64,000 nt of DNA, taken from Oopsacas minuta. Its lineage: Eukaryota; Animalia; Porifera. Positions within the stretch are counted from its first letter, which is position 1, and every line of letters starts with the position of its first letter. Position numbers and translations under genes: made by a program. Below are positions 49,396-59,662 of the stretch, piece by piece. The notes below the pieces were generated by a model. That model was given only the letters and a program-made list of their open reading frames with translations. It ran no database searches and was not told the DNA's origin. The stretch spans positions 310,001 through 374,000 of the forward strand of contig JAKMXF010000311.1 in the NCBI GenBank assembly GCA_024704765.1, in the 5' to 3' direction.

Positions 49396-52300
49396 TTATT
49401 GTAATACCTCCAAACATACTTCACCACCTGCTTTGAGTATAAGAGGCTCGGTCCGGTGATATTTAACGCAATCAGAAACAGACTCGAATTCTAGTTCGTT
49501 CTCCTTCTCTTCCCCGACCGAATATTTGTTGTTGATCTTTTTACGTAATTTAAGATGACGTATTTCCCCCTGATAGTAAATAGAGAATGAATAGTTACCG
49601 GCTCCTTCCTTGGTTGATGGGCGTACAACAAATCCTCCATCTTTATTATATTGACGGAGGAAGCTCTCACTTAGATGTCTATCAAAAGTATTTTTAAACC
49701 AAACTTGCTCCTCTAGTCTAGTGTTCTGAGGTGTTGGCGGCGGTTGGGTAGGCTTGAAAGCAGGGGTCGAGATATTTGGTTTGCGGGTAGAGGGCTTTGT
49801 TGGGGAGAGAGGGGGTGGTGCATGAGCTGGAGATACATCAGGCTTCGGAGCGAATGCTGCGAAACGTTTTGTTAATTCGTTTACGGGGGCAGAAGGCTTC
49901 TTAGGCTCAGGATTATTGTTTTGTAGGTAACTTGGTGTGTTATATTGTGGTTTGAAATGAGGAACTATTAGAGAAAGTAGAATAATATTTCGTGAAGTAT
50001 AAAAGCTGATAATAGTTGAGGTGAGAGACTAGGTTAATGTCACAAACCCCAAAAGTCATGTCATGCTCTTTATGCTATCTTCATTCAATTTTCATGCAAA
50101 AGTTCACGGTTCATGCTATAAGTCAAAAGTTCAAGCGAAAGCCAAAATGAACTTTGTTCGAGATCTGGTAGCAATGAAAGAAATATACTATATCATATAC
50201 TCACACTTTGGTGGTGCAAATGATGGAGGTACAAATTCCTCTTCACGATCTGGTACATCATATGTATCCTCTGTATCCAGAGGGGGAGTGACAGGGAGAG
50301 GAGGGGTACTTGGTCCTCGAGTGTGTCCTCCACCAAGCTGTAAGTTATCAGGCAGATCATAGCTGTCTTCTATGAGAGGATCAGGAGGAGGGTAAGTAGT
50401 AGCAGCTGGATTTAAGTTATCAGGAGTATCGTAGTCCTCATCTGGCTCTACGGGCAGAGGAGGAGTTGATCGACTAGAAATAGACATTTTGATAATAAGT
50501 GCATTTATCAGTACTAAACTTCATTGTTTGAATATTATCACTCGTTCTATATAACGGGGAGTTGATTGTATAATACAAGAGCTCGAGACGAAATACAAAA
50601 TTGCTAAATTGTATATTTTTCTAAACAAACAACAACAAACACTACTCACACAAATAACGATGTAACAATAATGTATACTCATACACAAACATAGTGATGC
50701 AGGTTGCTGGAGTAACCCGTAATATCGAGGGTAACATACCCTTATAGAAACCACGTACACCCTCATTCCTAGCCGTCATAACGGTTGTCTGGATAATACC
50801 TCTATATAAATCATTTTTACTCTGTATACGGAAGCGTATAACTTGATACGGATATGTAGGTATAACTGCTAACACCTTTGAAACAGCTGATAACGATATA
50901 TACACATACCACGGTATATTAATATTATTATTATTATTATATTGTTTGTATATAGTTTTCAATCTATCGTATGAAACTATCTGCACAACACCGTGAGAAA
51001 CTCCAATAACTCCAGCTATATAACCTCTATAGAGACCAAATATCCCTTCATTTCTCCATATTTTATTCAACCCATCAAATACATTACGGTAATAATACGT
51101 ATCTGTATATTGAGTTGATTGTAATATCATTCGAGTCTTTACAACCCAGATAGGGTTTGTAATAGATAATGTAGTTACCCCTGATAAACAGGCTGATAGT
51201 AACTGATGTTTCATTGTGATTTCTTCTCCGTTAGCGAGGCTAAATTTTAATATATCGTATAGATACAGGAATACCCCCCAGGATATGCTGGAACCTATCA
51301 AATTTGGTGTTACCCCTTGGTAGAAACCTTTCATGCCAGAAGTTCTGTATATAACTTGCAATGCATTTGATAAGCCTGTGTATTTGTGGTGGATTATTCG
51401 GCTGTTTGAGCCGTCATTAACCGCGAGGCGTGTTTTCAATACTTCAAACGGATGTAGTGTGAATGTTGCTATTATTCCACCGGAAAATCCTCCTATTAGA
51501 TGTGGTATACTCCTATTGGTAGGTTTCGCGATTGTTGAAGTAATATTTTTATCATTCATTACGTGTAAATATATTCGCTAACAGGTTTACGTAAAGTTTA
51601 TAGAAATTCAACTTCAAAATATAATAAAGGCGGGACAGAAGGTACAAATTTAGCGGGGAATCGCGGGACGTGAAATACTTGCATTAGACTGAACAAGAAA
51701 AGAGCAGGGTTTTCTGGCAATTTTTGGCGGGACTTTAGCTTCAAATCAAAACATACCCGAAACTGCGGGACGTACCTCCAAAACCGGAACAGTTAGCTAA
51801 CATGCAACAAAGAGATTCTTACGCCTACGCATTTATTGAAAGTTATTGACTTAACTCTGCTTACAACTAATGAAAACTGGTTCCGTAAAGCACTTTCGTC
51901 ATAACGAAAGTATACAGTCACTTCAAAATGTTAATCTATTGATAAAGTAACGCTAAAATTTACAGTTCAAAGTATGTCAAATCATGTGATCTATAAATCT
52001 ACACACCCAGGTTTCCATAGAATGTAACACTTAGAATAGACCCATATATAATCAGTACACACCCAAATAAACTAAAATTCTAAATTGCGATTATTGTTCT
52101 GTTAAATGGTTTGTACTTTTGTTGAATTTATCGCTTTTGCCTCAGTTTTAGGTGTTTGTATTATAATAAATACGATATTTATTATTGTGTACGCAATTAT
52201 TCTTGTCTGTGTACAAACACATAAGAGTACGCCGGTAACTCCTATTGATGATTTGAAATCTGTCAGTCAATCGCCTCTATTATCCGACAAGAAAACACCA

Positions 52301-54739
52301 GAGAGTGGTCTACCAGCACCATGCTCTGGACAGGTTTTCACGAATGTACATCGTGAACAGAGTATTGTACGAAAACAGCTGGACAGAGTGGCCATGGAAG
52401 CGATCTATGGAGCGGACAACTTGGAGTTAGAACTTCACAGACCGCGTGAAATTCCCATAGGAGGCAAGATATCTGAAAAAGCAAATATCTTTGAGAATCC
52501 ACAAATATCCACTCCAACACGAGACGTACCCAAACTGGATTTAGAGAAAGGTAAAGTGAATGAATTATCTCATAAATTCAAATCAGGTCATAATATACCA
52601 ATTGGTCTACAATATAAACAGAAACAAGTAGAGGAAGCTATACCGGAAGTACCGGAAGAGGAAAAGAAAGAGAAAAAGAAAGCTCCAAAGCCGAAAAAGG
52701 TTCAAAAGGCCGCGAAAGATCCGCCCAGTGTGTTCAAGGGTCGCCACCAACGAGATGAATTCCTTGACTCGGAATTCGCGGAGTTGATGGATCAGACAAA
52801 CAAACGTCTCGCAGAATACACACTAGCTGGTATCGTCGAACCTGACGTGCAAATCTTCGCGAATCAACATCTTACACAGCAAAACATCAAACATTCTCAA
52901 TTAGAATTCAACAAAACAGCATTCCTTTCAAAAACCATAGATACACATTCTCGTAAACTGAGTGACCAGAAAAATATGATACTTATGGCTCAATCTGTGT
53001 TCGATGATTTTGATTATGAAACAGATGAGAAGAAAGCTAGCCTAAAGAGTGTAAATTCTCAAAAGACAGAGGTTACTGATCTCAGTCAGGAATATCATAG
53101 AAAGTGAATTTACGCTTCCCTAAATATTTATTTTTATAATCTTATCTATTTGTAGGTCTCTATCTATTATTATTTATGTTTTGACTGAATTGTGGCAATT
53201 AATTCCCAATATCCAGCATAATACTGTAGTACCCAATCTGGGGTCTATGAGGATAATGGTGGTCCACAAGATCTGAAAAATTGGATTGTAGTCGATGGGA
53301 AGGTCCCATGGGTGAAAATGTTGAGAACAGCTGATTTAGATGGATTACTGAATGCGTACAGTTAACTCCAGTTATATATAAGCTCATACGATAATACTTC
53401 AATATAACCGAAGTTAATTTTACTGTTCGAAGTATCCGTGTTGAGTTGACTGTAACTCCAAAATGTAATTTCCAGCAAAACTCACTGCAAACTAACCTTT
53501 GATAATTCATCCTCTGTGTGGGATAAGCTGGCATAATACAGTCATCTGGAGCATCATACGTCTCTTCTCTATCATCATCTGGTCCCATATACAGATCCTC
53601 GGTATCAGAGGGTTTTAACGGCGGTGTAGATGGACCCGGGTAATTCATCCTCTGTGCATGGTATGGTGATATTATTTGATCTGTATCAGGTGCGTCATAT
53701 GTGTCTTCTCCATCTGGTGCTATGTACAAGTCTTCAGAGTCTGAGGTTTCCAATGGAGGAGTAGAAGGAGCTACTTGTTGCTAGAATTATGTAAATGTTA
53801 ATAAACACATTATAAGGCTACTTGTTTCAGCTCTACCCCCCAGCTTAAATTTATCTGCTGAATTATTTCACGATTTTCTCAGTGAAATTCAACTACACAA
53901 TATCTACACTAACTAACGGGTGAATAGTAGTGATTTTATCTTCACAGACCTCCTTTAACACGCGTAATTAACATATTTAGAAGTAGAGTTAGCTAGGGTA
54001 TAAATCGAGAATTCATTACCTGTTTATAAGCATGGTAATTGCTGGAATATCCATTAGTGACATTAGTACGTCCATGGTTGATATCATCAGGAGCTGCATA
54101 ATCCTCATCACCTGATAGAGGGGGTGTACTGGGTTGGTGTGTTGGATATGATGTCATCTGTTTACCACCAAACTATAAATATTAAAAGTAACTCAATTTC
54201 ACTAATAGTATCATTTTATAGATAGTGGAGAAATTAGTGTGTAACCTCCACAAACCGAGAGCTAGTGACGCCGAAAATGCTACCACGTTTTGCAAGTTCA
54301 TTTGTATGAGACAAGGAATTCGCGATATTTTTATTTCACTCCGTTTCTAGTAGTTCCCGATCTGTTGAGGTTATACTGAATTGTAATTAGAACATAACTA
54401 TCTCACCATATCGTTACCACCATCCTGTAATTCACCAGGAGCAACATACTCATCATCAAATGATCCTGTACTAGTACTCTTGGGTAGACAGGGCTCTTGT
54501 GGGAGAGGTACAGGAGCTTTAGGAGGCTTCCAGGTTCCTGGATATGGATTTGTAGTACGTTGGGGTAATTGAGGTTCAATTGCTTCAGAGGAGTACCCAG
54601 GTTTGGTGCTGTTGAGTGGCTTAGGTGGGAGTGTGTTACCACTGTATGGTGAACGACCTGGGAGGGGTGGGGCATCACTCCTCGGGTCTCTACCCATCTT
54701 CTTGGGTTCCTTTCCTTTCTTAGCAAAATACTTTGACAT
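49396..54739 (-). CDS. SLP-76/BLNK-like adaptor: acidic YxxP motifs, Pro-rich region, C-terminal SH2
   Basis: Exons approx 54739-54407, 54170-54020, 53783-53497, 50473-50205, 49964-49396. SH2 WFKNTFDRHLSESFLRQYNKDGGFVVRPS...FESVSDCVKYHRTEPLIL resembles SLP-76 FLSVSDIIDYFRKMPLLL and BLNK NKDGSFLIRKS. The join across 53496-50474 is inferred from phase compatibility. Confidence 0.7.
50642..51559 (-). CDS. SLC25A32: Mitochondrial folate/FAD carrier (intronless)
   Basis: 305 aa; LHPFEVLKTRLAVNDG, FYQGVTPNLIG, TNPIWVVKTRMILQ, YPYQVIRFRIQ and RVTPATCITMFVYE. Confidence 0.92.
   Translation of the reverse strand: MNDKNITSTIAKPTNRSIPHLIGGFSGGIIATFTLHPFEVLKTRLAVNDGSNSRIIHHKYTGLSNALQVIYRTSGMKGFYQGVTPNLIGSSISWGVFLYLYDILKFSLANGEEITMKHQLLSACLSGVTTLSITNPIWVVKTRMILQSTQYTDTYYYRNVFDGLNKIWRNEGIFGLYRGYIAGVIGVSHGVVQIVSYDRLKTIYKQYNNNNNINIPWYVYISLSAVSKVLAVIPTYPYQVIRFRIQSKNDLYRGIIQTTVMTARNEGVRGFYKGMLPSILRVTPATCITMFVYEYTLLLHRYLCE
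52106..53107 (+). CDS. Uncharacterised protein with an N-terminal TM anchor (intronless)
   Basis: 333-codon stop-free ORF in AT-rich DNA, with a hydrophobic segment at aa 9-36 and a charged cytoplasmic-type remainder. No family recognised. Confidence 0.7.
   Translation: MVCTFVEFIAFASVLGVCIIINTIFIIVYAIILVCVQTHKSTPVTPIDDLKSVSQSPLLSDKKTPESGLPAPCSGQVFTNVHREQSIVRKQLDRVAMEAIYGADNLELELHRPREIPIGGKISEKANIFENPQISTPTRDVPKLDLEKGKVNELSHKFKSGHNIPIGLQYKQKQVEEAIPEVPEEEKKEKKKAPKPKKVQKAAKDPPSVFKGRHQRDEFLDSEFAELMDQTNKRLAEYTLAGIVEPDVQIFANQHLTQQNIKHSQLEFNKTAFLSKTIDTHSRKLSDQKNMILMAQSVFDDFDYETDEKKASLKSVNSQKTEVTDLSQEYHRK
53359..53452. mobile_element. Family A MITE derivative
   Basis: TA-CAGTTAACTCC...GAGTTGACTG-TA. 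Confidence 0.6.
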
Positions 54740-54782
54740 AGTGCTAGTGTATGTACAGTCGTGGACTATGTAGTTCACAATA

Positions 54783-54917
54783 CAGTCAATTCTAGTTATA
54801 TCGAAGCACAAGGGAGAGAGATAATTACTTTGATATAAGCGATGATATGTTACTCTACGGCTCGTTTGGGACCATGTTTGTACAATAGCAGACTTCAATA
54901 TAAGCGGAAGTTAACTG
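54783..54917. mobile_element. Family A MITE
   Basis: TA-CAGTCAATTCTAG...GGAAGTTAACTG-TA, in the 271-bp gap between LRRC57 and the SH2 adaptor. Confidence 0.7.
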
Positions 54918-55010
54918 TAACTTAATTGCAATATTTACTGTTGATTTGGATAATATTATTATTGATAATTCATTATTTATACACATTATCCATTCAGTAA
55001 TAAATACGTG

Positions 55011-55829
55011 TTAATAAGATTTACTCTTAGAAGCAGAATACCTTTCTTCAAATTTATCATATCCCTTCTTGGTCTGGAATTCAGTCTGTGAGAAGAGATT
55101 TCCCTCAACTTTCAGCAAACTTATCTTAGAAACAGTCAATATTTCAGTGGGAATTCCCTCAAGCTTGAGTCTATTATTTTCAACTTTTAGTACTTTTAAG
55201 TATGGACAATTTGCCATCTCAATTGGTAGTGACGTAATACTATTAGTGCTTATATTCAATTCGTGTGCATTTAGGTCTGCCATACAAACTGGTAGTTCAC
55301 TGATATTATTATAAGAGAGGTCTATTATGGCTATGTTTGGGAGGAAAGTGAGGGAGATTGGGAACGATGGGAATAAATTATTTGATAATTCTAGACTTTT
55401 TAGTGATTTTAAGCTAAGAAAAGTCTCTGGTAGTGTAGCTAGTCTGTTGTTTGAGAGGTTTAGGATTTCTAGCCTTTTGCATAGACCAATGTCATCTGGT
55501 AATTGTTCTATTTGGTTTGTGTGTAAGGTCAGAGCACGGAGAGATTGAAAAGCCGCGATTTCCGGGGGAACTTGTACGATACAGTTCCGAGATAAATCAA
55601 GTGTTCGTAGATTCTTTAACTGGAATATCTCAACAGGGAAATTACACAGTTTGTAATCTTTAAAAGTGAATACACCAATAGTAGAGGCTTGCTTTAGGTG
55701 TAGAGAGAGGGATTGGGCCTTATTAGGAGTTCCTCTAACCTTGCTTAGTCCTGTAGATTGTACAGATGCTGGTTTTGTTGTTGGTTGAGGTTTTGGTTTG
55801 GGATCTGCTTGCGGTAGATTATTACCCAT
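55011..55829 (-). CDS. LRRC57: Leucine-rich repeat protein 57 (intronless)
   Basis: Starts MGN (myristoylation-type); IGVFTFKD...KNLRTLDLSRN and a C-terminal LKVEGNLF...GYDKFEERYSA match LRRC57. Confidence 0.9.
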   Translation of the reverse strand: MGNNLPQADPKPKPQPTTKPASVQSTGLSKVRGTPNKAQSLSLHLKQASTIGVFTFKDYKLCNFPVEIFQLKNLRTLDLSRNCIVQVPPEIAAFQSLRALTLHTNQIEQLPDDIGLCKRLEILNLSNNRLATLPETFLSLKSLKSLELSNNLFPSFPISLTFLPNIAIIDLSYNNISELPVCMADLNAHELNISTNSITSLPIEMANCPYLKVLKVENNRLKLEGIPTEILTVSKISLLKVEGNLFSQTEFQTKKGYDKFEERYSASKSKSY

Positions 55830-55972
55830 TCTAATATGCATGAACTTATACAAGAAATAAATAATTGATTTAGTAATCTCACATACTTTTTAGTTATATC
55901 AAATATGATATCTAATATTGATAAATATACTACATTCAATCATTTCCACCCATTTTCATACTACGAGTATAC

Positions 55973-57109
55973 TCACTTCAGCTTGAGTAATATATTCTGT
56001 ATAATAGTATAAGAGGCATCTCTACCGTGATAATCTATATGTCCTCTCTGCCAATCAAATCTCCATTGTTTTTCGTCGATAACTTCCTCTATATCTTCTT
56101 GTTCAATAATCGGAGCTTCTAGATTCAATTCTTCCATTTCTGCTTCTGGGATTTTATGTACAGGCTCAACTTCTTCATGGTTACCGACATGATCATTTGG
56201 AATGTTGATAATGACATCATCTTCAAGCTCAGCAGTATGTTCTATTGTAACATCAGGTAATATGGTATGTGTGTGATCAAGTGAAATTTTAATTTGTGGA
56301 ATTTCATGCTCTGTTTTGGATTTATGAACTTCATTCCTGTTGAAGTATGTATCTTTCTCATTATAAAAGTCCCACCATTTAGCATAGAACTCGTCCCTAC
56401 TGGTATCAAGGTTCTTGCCTACATTTTCACTCGATACGTAACAAGGCCGCAACCAAGGTTTATCCAGGCCTAAGAAATGCAGGACACGGATATCACGTTT
56501 AAACTTCAGAATAGCAGCGTTATAGAAATAAGACATATTGATTGCAACATTAAAGATGAAAGGCAATCGTTTATCCTGTTCATTAACCCAATTAACCCAG
56601 TAAGTGTTAAACAGGCCCTGATCACCTCCATCAAACGATCCCACGTCACCAGCAAGCTTCAGGAGGTTACGGTATGTCTCTAGGCAAGGTTTGAATACGA
56701 ATACACCCGAATTGAAACAATCAGGCCAGCCGATATCTGGAGCAGCTGACAACTCGTCTCTACAGAATAACTCATCTATATTACGTAGCACTATAGTATC
56801 CGCGTCAAGGAATACACAAGTTTTGAATTGGATTAATTCCCATACGAGGAGTTTTGAAAATGTAACACCTAATTCAGGACGTCCGATCAGTGACAGGTGC
56901 CTAATATCTTTGCTATCTAACACGTCTATTTGTATGATCTCATCCCATATAGTTCTTAAGTTATTTCTAAGCTCTTGATTTACACCATCAGATACTAGAA
57001 CAACTTTTCTATACTTTGTATCTGTTTTGCATAGAGATATGCCCAGTGCAACAGCTCCGTGGTAATAGTACTCGTTTGTTATAATTGTGACGTAAGCGTT
57101 GTCTATCAT
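55973..57109 (-). CDS. GYG1: Glycogenin (intronless)
   Basis: RPELGVTFSKL, FLDADT (DxD), GWPDCFNSGVFV, FDGGDQG, HFLGLDKPW, and a C-terminal WQRGHIDYHG glycogen-synthase-binding motif. Confidence 0.95.
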   Translation of the reverse strand: MIDNAYVTIITNEYYYHGAVALGISLCKTDTKYRKVVLVSDGVNQELRNNLRTIWDEIIQIDVLDSKDIRHLSLIGRPELGVTFSKLLVWELIQFKTCVFLDADTIVLRNIDELFCRDELSAAPDIGWPDCFNSGVFVFKPCLETYRNLLKLAGDVGSFDGGDQGLFNTYWVNWVNEQDKRLPFIFNVAINMSYFYNAAILKFKRDIRVLHFLGLDKPWLRPCYVSSENVGKNLDTSRDEFYAKWWDFYNEKDTYFNRNEVHKSKTEHEIPQIKISLDHTHTILPDVTIEHTAELEDDVIINIPNDHVGNHEEVEPVHKIPEAEMEELNLEAPIIEQEDIEEVIDEKQWRFDWQRGHIDYHGRDASYTIIQNILLKLK

Positions 57110-57192
57110 AACAACGAAAACTAACTAATGGCATACTTATTCGTTAAGAAATATTTAGGTTTCAGTTAATTTAGATCTAGCTAGCTATAACA

Positions 57193-57402
57193 CAGTCAGA
57201 ATAGGGTTTTTTGCTACCTTGATCACTTCAAAAATTGTATTTAATGTATATTTTCTGGCTATTTTCCCTCTCAGTTCCTGTCTCTCTTTCATTCGTCAAG
57301 TTTGTGAAAAATTCTCGATTTCGAGTGCAATTTTTATTAGTAAAAATGAAATATCATCTCATTTCCGTGAATTTTTGGGGCAAAAACCCCCGATTTCGAC
57401 TG
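57193..57402. mobile_element. MITE with CAGTC(A)GAAAT-GGG-TTTT TIR
   Basis: cagtcagaatagggttttttgc versus reverse complement cagtcgaaatcgggggtttttgc. Confidence 0.55.
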
Positions 57403-57479
57403 TATTGTAGTTGGTAACATTTGGAAAATGTTGCAACTAATTTTACTGGAATTATATAACTTTGCTGGAAAGTACAGAC

Positions 57480-58073
57480 CTGTTGTATGACAGTTTTACT
57501 ACCTCTATTACTGGTACCATGGATGCTCTATATCCATGGCAGAGTTACTACCTTACATGACAGAATTATTACCCTTTGATCGTATAACTCAACTCTTAGT
57601 TCTTATGACACTGATAATAATGCATTTGTTTCTGCTTGAGAGTTATATTAATAGCGATATGTCTACTCACTTCATATATTTCGAAATTGTTACTTTTGCT
57701 AAATATAATAGCAATTATATATTCTAAAATATATGAATTTGATGAACTACAACAGTTACGTTAGGGTTAGACAATTAATTGGCCATCGGGACACATTACT
57801 AAGAAACACAAATTATGAAAGTATTGTAGGTCATCCACCACTCAACGACCATCGTATCACTAAACCTGTAGTTATGTAATATAACTCTCAAGCAGAAACA
57901 AAGAAACCATTGAAAATGCATTATTATCAGTGTCATAAGAACTAAGTGTTGAGTTATACGATTCATGTCATGATCAAAGGGTAATAATTCTGTCAAGTAA
58001 GGTAGTAACTCTGTCATGCATATAGAGCATCCATGGTACCAGTAATAGAGGTAGTAAAACTGTCATACAACAG
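57480..58073. mobile_element. Foldback-like element with approx 170-200-bp inverted arms
   Basis: Left arm 57480-57650 and right arm 57877-58073 are near-perfect reverse complements (a few indels) around a 226-bp spacer. The arms carry approx 21-bp subrepeats (gacagWWttaYtacc). Confidence 0.85.
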
Positions 58074-58161
58074 ACCTAATTTGCCATATATCATATTACT
58101 TATGATATGTGTAACTATAAATTGGATATCTTACAAATATACACAAAAAATTCTTACTATT

Positions 58162-59254
58162 ATGGCAACTCTACACCCAATGGAAACTGAATATACGATT
58201 CTTCCTCAAAGATTTGATGATGGCGGGGCGGAAGATAAGTTCGATGTAAGGTTAGATTATAGTGGGCGTGGGATGGGGGAAGAAAGACCAAAACCAGAAC
58301 CAATAAAAAAGCCCGAATTAACCGAAGAAGAGAAGGTCGAACAGGCAAAAATACAGATTCTAAAAGATGCGAATAGAATAACAGAATTGGATTTGTTGAC
58401 TAAATTAGCAGAAAAGATAACTCCAACACAAGTTAGTGATATTAAGATTACTATGAAAATCTATAAGGAAGATTGGAAGGAAGCAATGAATGGACCTGGT
58501 TTAATTAAGTATTTGGATGAATTAAGCAAGAGCGAACCAAAACCGAATCGATTCAGTCCAAAGGATTATGATACTCCACCGGAGTATAATGCTGGGGTCT
58601 TAGCAGGGTATCTATTCAATATAGGTAAGTCAAAAGTTTATGCCAAATCCAAAATCACTGAACTTTGCCCTTGATCTGGCAACTGTGTACGCTCGTTTAC
58701 ACGTTATAAATGCAAAAATATTGTTTTGAGTGACGTACTATCTAGGTTTATATCAGTTGAGCAATGAAGCAAGATGGATTGAAGCAATAACTAGTATAGA
58801 TGAACCTAAAGAGGAAGCAACAGTAGAACATTTCTTCGATAATTTGGTGGATAAACTGAAAAATAATAAAGAATTGTACTCAGAACTCAGATATAAAGCC
58901 GAAAATTATCCACGTAAAGTAGGACAAGTAAGTACATACTATACTTTAGATGTGATGGGAGTTGACTGTAGTTATATTTGTGTTTGACTTAATATTGTAT
59001 TTTAGATTCTGGAAGAATTATCTCAAGAAGGATATTTCCAGAGAAATTTAATAGAATTTTGTGCAACACTTGATTATAAAGGAAAATTCAAAATAAGAGA
59101 AGAGTTGCAAAAAGAATATTTGAAGTCATTTGACCGGAAGTATAAGGATGTGGAATTTAAGACAGAATTCTCAAGATTAGCTAGTAAATTGGCGAGTACA
59201 GAAGGAGAGAGCGTAGAAGATGATTACAGTGATTACAGTGATTACAGTGATTGA
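58162..59254 (+). CDS. Possible tandem death-effector-domain (DED)-like protein
   Basis: Exons 58162-58624, 58746-58927, 59005-59254 with in-phase GT-AG introns. LLTKLAEKITPTQVSDIK...GPGLIKYLDEL...NAGVLAGYLFNIG follows DED helix spacing; a second, weaker repeat follows. Ends DDYSDYSDYSD. Confidence 0.5.
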
Positions 59255-59343
59255 AATGTGAATTTTGATTTTCATAATATTTTCACTACTTGTAGATATT
59301 CTGTGTGATATTATAAGTCAATAATAAATTATGAATTTATTAA

Positions 59344-59442
59344 GTGGGTCCCAATTTGGAGTACATGGATCTCTTGGGGGACCACAGAATGTGCTAAAAT
59401 TGGTATAGGGGCCCGTGGGCGAAAAAAGGTTGAGAACCGTTG
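59344..59442. mobile_element. hAT-like short element, related to 765-859
   Basis: Minus strand caacggttctcaaccttttttcgcccacgg...gtggtcccccaagagatccatg...ttgggacc parallels 765-859. Confidence 0.55.
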
Positions 59443-59662
59443 ACCTAGAGTAAGATGACGTAGGTGATAACTTAAATTATACGAAATATTTTGTAACCAA
59501 CTATATTGTAAATAGAACGCGTGTATATATTTGATAATTATGTAAAGTATGTTTTCTCTCCAATTTATATATAGCACGAAAACAAAGTAAACAGTTTTTA
59601 GGGAGGAGGAGCAGTTCTATAGATAATATCCATGATTCAATTTAATACATTAATAGAGTTAA

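Noticed and set aside
51700-51760. SL RNA gene candidate because of an AATTTTTGG Sm-like site
   Set aside because: No upstream leader/GT donor stem-loop arrangement; the motif is common in AT-rich DNA.
57536-58161. Mirror ORFs 57536-57727 and 57799-58017, and the 58033 start for the DED-like gene
   Set aside because: These ORFs arise from the two arms of the foldback element; the plausible gene start is the ATG at 58162.
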